Shown piece after piece: positions 39,205 through 48,873 of a DNA stretch of 64,000 nt. Every line of letters begins with the position of its first letter. Within the stretch, counting starts at the first letter, position 1. The translations under genes and the position numbers were made by a program. Source of the stretch: Gammaproteobacteria bacterium (lineage in GTDB: Bacteria > Pseudomonadota > Gammaproteobacteria > JBCCGL01). The notes beneath the pieces are model-generated. The model was given only the letters and a program-made list of their open reading frames with translations, did not search any database and was not told the origin of the DNA. The DNA lies in contig OZ255836.1 in the NCBI GenBank assembly GCA_965277715.1, forward strand, positions 1,344,001 through 1,408,000. Direction: 5' to 3'.

Positions 39205-40263
39205 CTAAGCCGACAAAGAAACAAACCCCCCACTCTGCTGTTTAAACGCAACCGCTAAAAACTTAGCCCCCACAATACTGACCCCACGCGAATACTGACA
39301 ATACACTACCTCGGCAACCGCTTTAAAATGCGCAGCATTGACCTTAACCACCTGACCGGCATCGAGCGGCGTCGGCATCGACACACTCAAACCAGTTGGT
39401 GACAAATCACCCAACACACCGCGTATCGGCGCGCCGGGCCAATACACATAAACACGGGCAGAATTCACCTGCTGCATACGCGCCAAACTGCGGCGCGGTG
39501 CACTGACAAAACGCGCCGCCGGTAAAGACAAAGGGCTGTCACACTCCCCACAAAAAAGCGACGACTCCATTAAGGCACTGTCTGAATAAGGGGTTTTACA
39601 AAACCGGCAATAATGTCTTATCAGCGGACAATATGCTGCCTGCGTATTGGCTTTTTGTAGCACTTCAGGCGTACCGGTGGATCCATGCAACCCCAATTCA
39701 GTTGCGGGCATACCAACCGGGTTATCCTCTACGCCGTAGGCACTGCGCAGCTTATTCACACTGGCGGCATGGACATGGGTGTTTAGCAAAGCATCGTATT
39801 GCGCTCTCAACCGGGTGTCGCTGAGTACCGAAAACGCCTCCTCCATCAGTGGCCGATCAGCCGCTGCGCTGCCTTTTAACAGCGTGTGGTAGCTCGCTTT
39901 TATGACCTCGTATTCAGCGTCAGGTTGAATCTGTAACAGACGGTAGTAGTTGCGGTAGTTACCATCCTGCTGTGTTGGCACAGCACCGCCTGCCGACTGC
40001 GGGTTATCCCCGATCACCCCACCCGAAGACAGGGTTTTTATGCTGTACCGCCCCAGCAACGCAATATCATAGGCTGCGCGTTTTTTCACATCGCGCAGCG
40101 TGGTGTAAGCCTGATTGATAATACCCGCATCCCAATGTTCACCGCCCAGATCCGGGTGCATCCGCAGTTTCTGCATCAGTGAGCGGTAGCTCTGCTGAAT
40201 TACCTCACGCGAAGCGTCTGGCTGAACGCGGAGAATGCGGTAGAAATTGCGGCGGTTGTCCAT
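39205..40263 (-). CDS. J-domain + degenerate J-domain + CxxC/CxxC + PilZ protein
   Basis: NFYRILRV...MHPD; second NYYRLLQI without HPD; CRFC...CGEC; RRSLAR and DLSPTG. Confidence 0.85.
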   Translation of the reverse strand: MDNRRNFYRILRVQPDASREVIQQSYRSLMQKLRMHPDLGGEHWDAGIINQAYTTLRDVKKRAAYDIALLGRYSIKTLSSGGVIGDNPQSAGGAVPTQQDGNYRNYYRLLQIQPDAEYEVIKASYHTLLKGSAAADRPLMEEAFSVLSDTRLRAQYDALLNTHVHAASVNKLRSAYGVEDNPVGMPATELGLHGSTGTPEVLQKANTQAAYCPLIRHYCRFCKTPYSDSALMESSLFCGECDSPLSLPAARFVSAPRRSLARMQQVNSARVYVYWPGAPIRGVLGDLSPTGLSVSMPTPLDAGQVVKVNAAHFKAVAEVVYCQYSRGVSIVGAKFLAVAFKQQSGGFVSLSA

Positions 40264-40286
40264 TGAAATGGTTTATCGATAAGGGT

Positions 40287-42083
40287 TTACCCGTCATCGG
40301 CAGGGGGGCGGTCTGCCTGAACCCGTCGCACCCGCAAAGACAGTTCTTTTAGCTGGCGCTCAGACACTTCACCCGGGGCACTGGTCAACGGGCAACTGGC
40401 CGTCTGTGTTTTTGGGAATGCCATGACTTCACGAATCGACGCGGCGCCAGTCATTAACATCGCCAGCCGATCCAGCCCAAAGGCCAGCCCACCGTGGGGC
40501 GGCGCACCGTATTTCAGGGCATTCAGCAAAAAGCCAAACTTCTCTTCGGCCTCTTCATCGCCAATACCCAACACCCGCAATGCGCAGCGTTGCAGCTCAG
40601 TGGAATGGATACGAATCGACCCGCCGCCAATCTCGCTGCCGTTAAGCACCATATCGTAAGCACGGGATAAACACTCACCCGGATTGGCCTCCAGGGCTTC
40701 GGGGGATTCCACCGCAGGGGCCGTAAAGGGGTGGTGCAGTGCCTGCCAGCGCTTCTCGCGCCCGTCCCATTCAAACATCGGGAAATCGACAACCCACAGC
40801 GGCGCCCAATCACCCGCTACCCGGCCTGTGTCATGCCCCAGCTTGACCCGCAGAGCACCCAGTGACTCATTCACCACTTTGGCGCTGTCTGCGCCAAAAA
40901 AGACAATATCGCCATCGGCGGCGGCGGTGCGCTGCACAATCGCCTCAATCACCTCATCGGGTAAGAATTTGAGGATGGGGGATTGCAAACCCTCACGCCC
41001 CGCGCTCACCTGATTGCATTTGATATACGCCAGGCCCTTGGCGCCGTAACGGCCAACATAGCGTGTGTAGTCATCGATTTCCTTGCGTGACAACGCGCTA
41101 CCAGCGGGCAATCGCAACGCGGCAACGCGCCCGTTGGCGTCTTTGGCCGGGCCGGAAAAAACCTTGAATTCAACCTCGGCCATCAAATCGGAAATATCGA
41201 CAAGCTCTAGATCGATGCGCAAATCGGGTTTATCTGAGCCATAGCGGTGCATCGCCTCGGCATAGGTAATGCGCGGGAATGGATTGGGCAGTTCGACACC
41301 CAGCACCTCGGCGAACATCTCGCGCATCATCGTTTCGTTGAGTTGCATAATCTGGTTTTCGTCCATGAATGACATTTCGATGTCGAGCTGGGTGAACTCG
41401 GGTTGGCGGTCGGCCCGCAAGTCCTCATCGCGGAAGCAACGCGCCACCTGATAGTAGCGGTCAAAGCCCGACATCATCAACAGTTGTTTAAACAATTGGG
41501 GGGATTGTGGCAGGGCAAAGAATTCGCCGGGGTGGGTGCGGCTGGGCACCAGATAATCGCGTGCCCCCTCCGGTGTCGCCCGTGTCAAAATCGGGGTATC
41601 TATATCGAGAAAGCCCTGCTTATCCAGAAATTTGCGCAGGTAGCTGATAATGCCTGCACGCATCTTCATACGCGTTTGCATTTCCGGTCGGCGCAGGTCG
41701 ATATAGCGGTAGCGCAATCGATGCTCTTCGCTGACATCGGTATCATCCAACTGAAATGGTGGCGTCTCGGCGCGGTTGAGCACGTGCAGGTCAAGCCCCA
41801 ATACTTCAATTTCCCCCGTGCGCAAATCGGGATTTACCGTGCCCTCCGGGCGATTGCGCACACGGCCACGAATCTGCAACACAAATTCATTGCGGATCTC
41901 TTCTGCCAGGGCAAATATTTCCGGCGTATCAGGATCGAAGACAATTTGCACCAAGCCTTCACGGTCGCGCAGGTCGACAAAAATAACCCCTCCGTGGTCG
42001 CGGCGACGGTGTACCCAGCCGCATAATGTAATTTCCTGATCCAACAGTGCAGTATCGACCTCACCGCAGTAATGACTTCGCAT
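40287..42083 (-). CDS. aspS: Aspartate--tRNA ligase
   Basis: [42 protein letters not shown]. Confidence 0.98.
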   Translation of the reverse strand: MRSHYCGEVDTALLDQEITLCGWVHRRRDHGGVIFVDLRDREGLVQIVFDPDTPEIFALAEEIRNEFVLQIRGRVRNRPEGTVNPDLRTGEIEVLGLDLHVLNRAETPPFQLDDTDVSEEHRLRYRYIDLRRPEMQTRMKMRAGIISYLRKFLDKQGFLDIDTPILTRATPEGARDYLVPSRTHPGEFFALPQSPQLFKQLLMMSGFDRYYQVARCFRDEDLRADRQPEFTQLDIEMSFMDENQIMQLNETMMREMFAEVLGVELPNPFPRITYAEAMHRYGSDKPDLRIDLELVDISDLMAEVEFKVFSGPAKDANGRVAALRLPAGSALSRKEIDDYTRYVGRYGAKGLAYIKCNQVSAGREGLQSPILKFLPDEVIEAIVQRTAAADGDIVFFGADSAKVVNESLGALRVKLGHDTGRVAGDWAPLWVVDFPMFEWDGREKRWQALHHPFTAPAVESPEALEANPGECLSRAYDMVLNGSEIGGGSIRIHSTELQRCALRVLGIGDEEAEEKFGFLLNALKYGAPPHGGLAFGLDRLAMLMTGAASIREVMAFPKTQTASCPLTSAPGEVSERQLKELSLRVRRVQADRPPADDG

Positions 42084-42255
42084 AGTGTATTTCCAACAGC
42101 GTATTAATTGATGTGAAACAGGGTTCAGCCCCGAGTGAGACCAAGCCCTGTAGAGAAGCTAAAAGGCCGCAATGGTAAGCGCTTGAGGGGGATTTCGCAA
42201 TCGGCTATGGCAGCCGGTTGCGGTGGGTAATTCACTGCCTGGTGGTAGCCATCCA

Positions 42256-44361
42256 CTACCCTAACGACGCATTGCGTCTCAACAACCCCGGCATATCCAG
42301 AATCAACGCCATATTGCCGTTACCGGTAATCGTGGCGCCCGCCAGGCCAGGCAGCCCTTGTAGTATCGATCCCAGTGGTTTGATAACGACCTCTTCCTGG
42401 CCGATCACCTGGTCGACGACAAACCCCACGGGGCGGTTGTCGATTTGTACCATTAACACCTGTTCACCGTTACAGGCCTTTTTGCTGCTCTCGTTTGCCT
42501 CTTCAGGTGATAACAACCAATTGCGCAAATAAAACAGTGGCGGTGCCTTGCCGCGATTTTGAATCACCCGCTGGCCATCCACTATGTGGGTGGGCTTGGT
42601 ATTGAGTTCGAATATTTCATTGACAATCGATAGCGGCAAGGCAAATTTACGCCCACCCAACACCACCATCAAGGTCGGTAAAATGGCCAGCGTCAGGGGT
42701 ACTTTTATCGATAGCGTCGTGCCTTTCCCTTCAACCGAATCGACTTCCACCGAACCGTTTAACTGCGTGATACGCGTTTTCACGACATCCATGCCAACCC
42801 CCCGCCCCGAGACATCTGAGATTTCTGTTTTGGTCGAGGTGCCCGGCATAAAAATCAGCTCAAAGCACTCCTTGTCCGTCAGGCGATTGGCTGCGCCCGT
42901 ATCCATAATCCCCTTGCGTACCGCCATTTCCCGCAATGTATCCGGGTTCATCCCGGCACCGTCGTCGGCAATGGTTAACAGGATGTGATCACCCGCCTGC
43001 TCGGCACTCAGCACGACGGTGCCGCAGGGTGATTTACCCGCTGCTTTGCGGGCGGCGGGCAGCTCAATACCGTGATCGACCGAGTTGCGCACCAAGTGTA
43101 CCAGCGGATCGGCCAGTGCCTCGACCAGGTTTTTGTCAAGATCGGTGTCTTCACCGACCAGCTCAAGGTGAACCTCTTTGTTGAGGTTGCGCGCCAGATC
43201 GCGCACCACGCGGGGAAACCGGCCAAATACTTTCCTGACCGGTTGCATACGGGTTTTCATCACCGCACCCTGCAAATCGGCGGTAACCAGGTCGAGGTTG
43301 TTGACCGCCTGCACCATTTGCTCGTTTTCGTATTCGTTACGCAGTGAAGTCAGGCGGTTGCGCGCCAATACCAGCTCGCCAACCAGGTTCATAATATCGT
43401 CCAGGCACTTGGTATCGACACGCACACTGGATTCGGCCTTAATGGCTGGCGCCGCTTTAGGCACCGCTTTAAGGGACGTCCTGGCAGTGGCTTTAGGGTT
43501 CGATGGAAGCGGTGTGCCAGCAGCGGGCGCCTCCCGCACTGCTGCCTCTACGGCGACCGCTGTTTGTGCTACAGGCGCTTTCGGGCGGGTTGGCCCTTTG
43601 CCTGCACCGTGCATTTGATCGAGTATTGCCTGAAATTCATCATCGCTGATATTGTCATCACCCGCTTTACTGTCTGCCGATGCCTCGTCGGCGACAGGTT
43701 CAGGGGGGACAGGCACTTTACCGGGCGCTCTACCGCTGTGCCTGCCCTTGCCGTGCAGTGTATCCAGTAGCTGTTCAAACTCTTCTTCGCTGATGTCATC
43801 ACTGGGTGGCGCGGCGCCGCCATCATCTGCGACGGCGGGTTGATTATTCAGCAAGCCAGGCATCGCTCTGTAAGCGTTTTCACTCAGTGACCCTGTATTT
43901 TCAGTGGCGGATGCGCCTTGTTGGGTCAGTTCATCATCGGGATCGGCAACAGCGGTGGGCGGCTGTGGTGGGCTGACCTCGGCCAGTTGTGTGAGTTCAT
44001 TGAGTAATTCGGCATCGGCCGCCTGCGGTTCATTGCCTTCCTGAATTCCGGCAAACATGTCGTTGACAACGTCCAGCGAACGCAGGATAACATCCATTAA
44101 AGCCGTGTCGGCAACCCGCTGCCCTTGCCGTAACAGATTAAAAACATCCTCCGTTTTATGACTGATGTTAACCAGCTCAGTCAACGCCAAAAACCCAGCG
44201 CCTCCCTTGACGGTATGAAAACCACGAAATATCGCATTGATAAGCGCCATATCATCGGGGCGCTGTTCCAGCTCGACCAGTTGTTCACCCAATAATTCGA
44301 GAATCTCTCCCGCTTCAACGAGAAAGTCCTGAAGGATTTCATCTTGCAGATCGATGCTCAT
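42256..44361 (-). CDS. cheA: Chemotaxis histidine kinase CheA
   Basis: FRGFHTVKGGAG Hpt, HLVRNSVDHG, DDGAG, SGRGVGMDVV, CheW domain. Confidence 0.97.
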   Translation of the reverse strand: MSIDLQDEILQDFLVEAGEILELLGEQLVELEQRPDDMALINAIFRGFHTVKGGAGFLALTELVNISHKTEDVFNLLRQGQRVADTALMDVILRSLDVVNDMFAGIQEGNEPQAADAELLNELTQLAEVSPPQPPTAVADPDDELTQQGASATENTGSLSENAYRAMPGLLNNQPAVADDGGAAPPSDDISEEEFEQLLDTLHGKGRHSGRAPGKVPVPPEPVADEASADSKAGDDNISDDEFQAILDQMHGAGKGPTRPKAPVAQTAVAVEAAVREAPAAGTPLPSNPKATARTSLKAVPKAAPAIKAESSVRVDTKCLDDIMNLVGELVLARNRLTSLRNEYENEQMVQAVNNLDLVTADLQGAVMKTRMQPVRKVFGRFPRVVRDLARNLNKEVHLELVGEDTDLDKNLVEALADPLVHLVRNSVDHGIELPAARKAAGKSPCGTVVLSAEQAGDHILLTIADDGAGMNPDTLREMAVRKGIMDTGAANRLTDKECFELIFMPGTSTKTEISDVSGRGVGMDVVKTRITQLNGSVEVDSVEGKGTTLSIKVPLTLAILPTLMVVLGGRKFALPLSIVNEIFELNTKPTHIVDGQRVIQNRGKAPPLFYLRNWLLSPEEANESSKKACNGEQVLMVQIDNRPVGFVVDQVIGQEEVVIKPLGSILQGLPGLAGATITGNGNMALILDMPGLLRRNASLG

Positions 44362-44378
44362 GGTTATTTTTCTGCCCG

Positions 44379-45134
44379 TTAAAAACCTAAACTCGCCAGT
44401 AGATCATCGACATCACCCTGTGATTTGACCACACCGTCAGTCTTGCCTGGCAATACCGGGCCTTCACCTTTTAGCATCGACTGCCGCTCATCGATGGCCT
44501 TTTGTTGATTATCGGGGTCACAAACGCCCCCACTCACCGCCACTAATTCGATCAGGCGTTCCTCTACATCGTCGACCAGCGTTATCACCTGCCTGATTAT
44601 CTGCCCGGTCAAATCCTGGAACCCCTGCGCCATCAATATCTTGTCCAGTTCACATTGCAGCGTATCCGCCGCCCGCTGGGTGTTGTTTAAGTGCTGTTCA
44701 ATATCGCTGGCGAGCACGTTAAAGCCGTCCAGTGACAGTTCTTTATTGCACAGTTTTTTCCAACGATCGAGCAGTTGAACAGCACTTTCACGGCCTGCCT
44801 GAACGATGGGAATACTGGCTTCGATAATAGTGAGGGTAGTGTTGGCAGAGTCTTCCGTCAGCTTGATTACGTGGTTCAAACGCTCACGCGCATCGGGGAA
44901 TTTATTGGCATCAAACCAGTCGTTCGGCGATTGGGTGCCGATAGCCCGCACCGTATCGTGCAGATTACGCGTCAACCGGCCAACATTTTGAAACAGGTCA
45001 TCGTCACGCGCTGAGGCGATATCCCCCACCAGTTGCAGTACCGCGTCGCGGTTACCGGCTTCGAGTTGTGCCACCAATTGCCTGGCACGCCCAAGGGTTT
45101 CCTCAGACATTAAGGCATCGGCTGTCTGCCCCAT
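44379..45134 (-). CDS. cheZ: Phosphatase CheZ
   Basis: MAQGFQDLTGQII, QGDVDDLLASLGF. Confidence 0.95.
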   Translation of the reverse strand: MGQTADALMSEETLGRARQLVAQLEAGNRDAVLQLVGDIASARDDDLFQNVGRLTRNLHDTVRAIGTQSPNDWFDANKFPDARERLNHVIKLTEDSANTTLTIIEASIPIVQAGRESAVQLLDRWKKLCNKELSLDGFNVLASDIEQHLNNTQRAADTLQCELDKILMAQGFQDLTGQIIRQVITLVDDVEERLIELVAVSGGVCDPDNQQKAIDERQSMLKGEGPVLPGKTDGVVKSQGDVDDLLASLGF

Positions 45135-45144
45135 CGCATGCCCC

Positions 45145-45531
45145 TCAGACTTCTATTCGCTCGAAAATCCGCTCGATTTTCTCTTTCAGTGTAATCGCGG
45201 TAAAGGGCTTGACAACATAGCCATTTACCCCGGCCTGTGCCGCCTCGACAATCTGTTCACGCTTGGACTCTGCGGTCACCATGAGTACGGGCAGATCCGC
45301 GAGGTTCTCATCTACGCGTACTTTCTTCAGTAACTCAAGGCCGGTCATACCCGGCATATTCCAGTCGGTGACCAGAAAATCAAACCCCCCGGACTTTAAT
45401 AATGGAAACGCTGTATTGCCATCATCGGCCTCTTCCATATTGCTAAAGCCAAGGTCTTTAAGAAGATTTTTCACAATGCGCCGCATTGTCGAAAAATCAT
45501 CCACCACCAATATTTTCATGTCTTTGTTCAT
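45145..45531 (-). CDS. cheY: Response regulator CheY
   Basis: [25 protein letters not shown]. Confidence 0.97.
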   Translation of the reverse strand: MNKDMKILVVDDFSTMRRIVKNLLKDLGFSNMEEADDGNTAFPLLKSGGFDFLVTDWNMPGMTGLELLKKVRVDENLADLPVLMVTAESKREQIVEAAQAGVNGYVVKPFTAITLKEKIERIFERIEV

Positions 45532-45573
45532 CGCCCACTTCACTCAGGTAGTGATTTGTTACCCCTAAATTAA

Positions 45574-46326
45574 TCACGCTTCCAATTCCGGCTCGGTCGT
45601 GCTCGTACGCCACATCGATAAGCGCGCCTTCAGGCGGATTAATGCCTGGCCATGAATTTGGCAAACACGCGATTCGCTCACGCCGAGAATTTCACCGATC
45701 TCACGCAGGTTTAGCTCATCGGTATAGTAAAAAGACATCACCAGGCTTTCGCGCTCTGGCAGCTTGCCGATCGCCTCACTCAGTTGTTTGTGGAAGCGCT
45801 CATGGTCCATCGTGTGTTGTGGCCCTCTGTCGTTGCTCTCCGGCAACTGGGTGTATTCGTTGTTGTTCTCATCCGGTTGGTCAAAACTGAATACCCGCGA
45901 GGTCGTGCTCTCGCGCAAAATCTGGTGGTACTCGGCAACCGAGATGCCCATATATTCAGCGACTTCGGTGTCTTTTGCCTCGCGCCCGGTAAGCTGTTCA
46001 ATCTGGCGCAAGGCCTCTGCCGCCTCGCGAGATTTGCGGTGTACTGAGCGCGGTGTCCAGTCTGAGCGACGGATCTCATCAAGCATCGCACCGCGCACAC
46101 GTATGCCCGCATAAGTTTCAAAGCTGGCACCCTGCGATGCGTCGTAGTGCCTGGCCGCCTCCAGCAGACCAATCATCCCCGCCTGAATTAAATCCTCGGC
46201 CTGCACACTGGGCGGCAGACGGTTCAGCAGGTGAAAAGCAATGCGTTTGACCAGGTTGGCGTGTTGACTCACCAGTTCATCGCAAGATGAATTTTGTATT
46301 TCAGCGTACATAACGTGTGCATTCAT
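45574..46326 (-). CDS. fliA: Flagellar sigma factor FliA (sigma28)
   Basis: DLIQAGMIGL, RVRGAMLDE, VSESRVCQIH. Confidence 0.97.
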   Translation of the reverse strand: MNAHVMYAEIQNSSCDELVSQHANLVKRIAFHLLNRLPPSVQAEDLIQAGMIGLLEAARHYDASQGASFETYAGIRVRGAMLDEIRRSDWTPRSVHRKSREAAEALRQIEQLTGREAKDTEVAEYMGISVAEYHQILRESTTSRVFSFDQPDENNNEYTQLPESNDRGPQHTMDHERFHKQLSEAIGKLPERESLVMSFYYTDELNLREIGEILGVSESRVCQIHGQALIRLKARLSMWRTSTTEPELEA

Positions 46327-47210
46327 AACCGTCGAGCCCCCTCCTGCGCGCTGAAGCGGATAAGCCGCTCGACAAAAAACTCCAGATGACCTTCAGCATG
46401 AGCAGGTGTCGGCCACTTATCTATTTTCTGAACCAGTTTCTTGAACGCGATCCCGGCGCGGCTGCGCGGGTAGGCGTCAACCACCGCCTTTTGCTGCCGA
46501 ACGGCTTTGAGTAACACGTCGTCGTAGGGAATAACCCCGATAAATTCCAGAGTGACATCGAGAAAACGCTCGGTCACCAGGGTCAGTTTGGCGAACAGCT
46601 CGTGCCCTTGTTTGGTTGATCGCGCCATATTGGCGACCACGTGAAAATGGTCGATATGGTAGTCGCGGCTCAATACTTTAATTGTGGCATAGGCGTCCGT
46701 AATCGACGCCGGTTCATCGCACACCACAACGATCACCTCGCGTGCCGCACGGGTAAACGCCATCACCGAGCTGGATAAACCTGCGGCGGTATCCACAATG
46801 AGTGTGTCGATGGGGTAACTCAATTCACTAAACGCCTGAATCACACCCGCATTCTCAGCCGGGCCAAGCTCCGCCATGCGCTGCGCCCCGGAGGCAGCGG
46901 GCACGATTTTAATACCCGCAGGCCCCTCTATCATCACTTCTTCCAGCGTGCGCTCACCGTTGACAACGTGCTCCAGGTTATAGTCGGGGCGCAAACCCAG
47001 GAGTACATCGATATTGGCCAGGCCAAGGTCGGCATCCATCAACATCACCTGGTGGCCGACATTGGCCATCGCCACCGCTATATTGACCGAGATATTCGAT
47101 TTGCCCACGCCACCCTTGCCACTGGTGATGGCAATCACGCAGACAGGCTGTGGGTTGGCGATGTGCCGCAAACCGGCCGCCTGGTCGTTGTACGCCTCAG
47201 ACACGCGCAT
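46323..47210 (-). CDS. flhG: MinD-like ATPase FlhG/FleN
   Basis: DQAAGLR, SGKGGVGKS, DADLGLAN, EPASITDAY. Confidence 0.95.
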   Translation of the reverse strand: MRVSEAYNDQAAGLRHIANPQPVCVIAITSGKGGVGKSNISVNIAVAMANVGHQVMLMDADLGLANIDVLLGLRPDYNLEHVVNGERTLEEVMIEGPAGIKIVPAASGAQRMAELGPAENAGVIQAFSELSYPIDTLIVDTAAGLSSSVMAFTRAAREVIVVVCDEPASITDAYATIKVLSRDYHIDHFHVVANMARSTKQGHELFAKLTLVTERFLDVTLEFIGVIPYDDVLLKAVRQQKAVVDAYPRSRAGIAFKKLVQKIDKWPTPAHAEGHLEFFVERLIRFSAQEGARRL

Positions 47211-48813
47211 GGGCCACCCCGCTCGCATAGCGCACCGCTAAGGTGTCCGGGTCTATCTTCTCACCGTAGTGCTCCGCCATCGGCACAGCACGGCTCACCA
47301 GGCGGTGCGCACGTGCGGGTTGCAGGTCTTCCGGCACCCGCTGCCCAACGCCGACATAGGCGATAGGCAGTTTGTGGCGTATGGCCACGGTCAGCACTGC
47401 CCCGATGCTGGTGGTTTCATCCAGTTTGGTGACGATGCAGCTATTCAAATCGACCCGGCCAAAGCCTTTAAACGATTCATCCAGCGCGCCGAGCTGCGTG
47501 TTGGCCGCGATAACTAGGTAAGAGCGGATAATGGGGAAACTGTCGCGCAGTGTGGAAAACTGCTCGTTGAGGCGCATATCGCGCTGGCTCATACCGGCGG
47601 TGTCAATCAACACCAGTTTCTTGTCAAAAAAGCCCCCTAGCGCCGCGCTGAATTCATCCTGGTTATTCGCGGTTTTAAACGGCACGCCGAGAATCCGGGC
47701 AAAATTGTGCAATTGTTCATGGGCGCCAATGCGGTAACTGTCTGTACTGATCAGAGCCACGCTGTGCTGGCCGTGGCGCATCACAAAGCGCGCCGCCAGC
47801 TTTGCCACGCTGGTGGTTTTGCCAACACCCGTGGGGCCGACCAGGGCAGCCACGCCCCCGTTATCGAGCAGCTCATCGTCGGCGATGGGGATTTGGCTGG
47901 CGAGGCGACCCAGTGCCAGACGCCAGGTTTTTTCCGGGTCATTCGACGCCAGCGAATCGGTGACCAGGGGGCGCGCTATATCGCTACCCAACCCCATTTC
48001 ACTGAGCCGGGAGAGCAGGTCGAACTGCACCGGGCTGCGCTTTGCCAGCGAGTCCAGCTCCAGCACAGACAGTTGGTTCTGCATCAAACCGTGTAGCGAG
48101 TGCAGCTCCCGCTGTAAATCCTGAATCACCTGCCCCTGTTGCCAGGATGCCGATGTGTCTGTCACTGACGGTGTATACCCGGGTGGTTGGGCCTGGAATT
48201 GGGCCTGAGATTGGTTCTGATATTGAGCCTGGGATTGCCCATCTGCTGCTGCCCCGGGTGCAGTCCTGGGTACAGCCGATATATCGACAATATTTTCCGT
48301 GTGCGCTGTGTCCACAGGGGCTGCCTGTCGGGGTGTTTTACTGTGGCTATTGCGCGATGACTGGGGCCTCGCAGTCTGTGCGGGTGTACCTGCTCTATCT
48401 GTCCCAGCCCTGGCGACCCCGCCGCTACCTGTTGCACCGCTCGTTTTGCGCGGCGCCGGACACCGGGTATCACCCAATAGGGATTTAGACAGCATAGGGT
48501 TGGCTAAAGCCGCCATCTGAGACCTGGCGACAGCCTGGTAGGATAGATGCGTCGGTGGGTCCTTATCGACATCGGCATCTGATGGTGCAGATAATGGCTC
48601 GCCCGGTCGCGATGACTCTGGTAGTGATGATTCAGGTAGAGATGATTCTGGCGGCGTGTCGAAAGCCGCTTCGTCGTAATCGATCGCCGAGATGATTTCA
48701 ACCCCATCCGCAACTTTACGGTTTGCCAGAATGACCGCATCCGGCCCCTGCTCCTGACGCACCTTGTTCATCGCCTCGCGCACACTGGGCGCAGTGGTTC
48801 TTTTTATTTTCAT
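47197..48813 (-). CDS. flhF: SRP-type GTPase FlhF
   Basis: GPTGVGKTT, DSYRIGA, DTAG, TKLDE, GQRVPEDL. Confidence 0.96.
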   Translation of the reverse strand: MKIKRTTAPSVREAMNKVRQEQGPDAVILANRKVADGVEIISAIDYDEAAFDTPPESSLPESSLPESSRPGEPLSAPSDADVDKDPPTHLSYQAVARSQMAALANPMLSKSLLGDTRCPAPRKTSGATGSGGVARAGTDRAGTPAQTARPQSSRNSHSKTPRQAAPVDTAHTENIVDISAVPRTAPGAAADGQSQAQYQNQSQAQFQAQPPGYTPSVTDTSASWQQGQVIQDLQRELHSLHGLMQNQLSVLELDSLAKRSPVQFDLLSRLSEMGLGSDIARPLVTDSLASNDPEKTWRLALGRLASQIPIADDELLDNGGVAALVGPTGVGKTTSVAKLAARFVMRHGQHSVALISTDSYRIGAHEQLHNFARILGVPFKTANNQDEFSAALGGFFDKKLVLIDTAGMSQRDMRLNEQFSTLRDSFPIIRSYLVIAANTQLGALDESFKGFGRVDLNSCIVTKLDETTSIGAVLTVAIRHKLPIAYVGVGQRVPEDLQPARAHRLVSRAVPMAEHYGEKIDPDTLAVRYASGVAHARV

Positions 48814-48873
48814 TGGCCGCACTCCAGCACAGCGTTTGTTTTGTCATCATTCATCTTGTCAATTCGTTCCACT

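Noticed and set aside
40293-40320. Sigma28 promoter for the J-PilZ gene (TCAGG...GCCGATGA on minus strand)
   Set aside because: Spacing is off, the -35 is weak and it lies within aspS coding sequence
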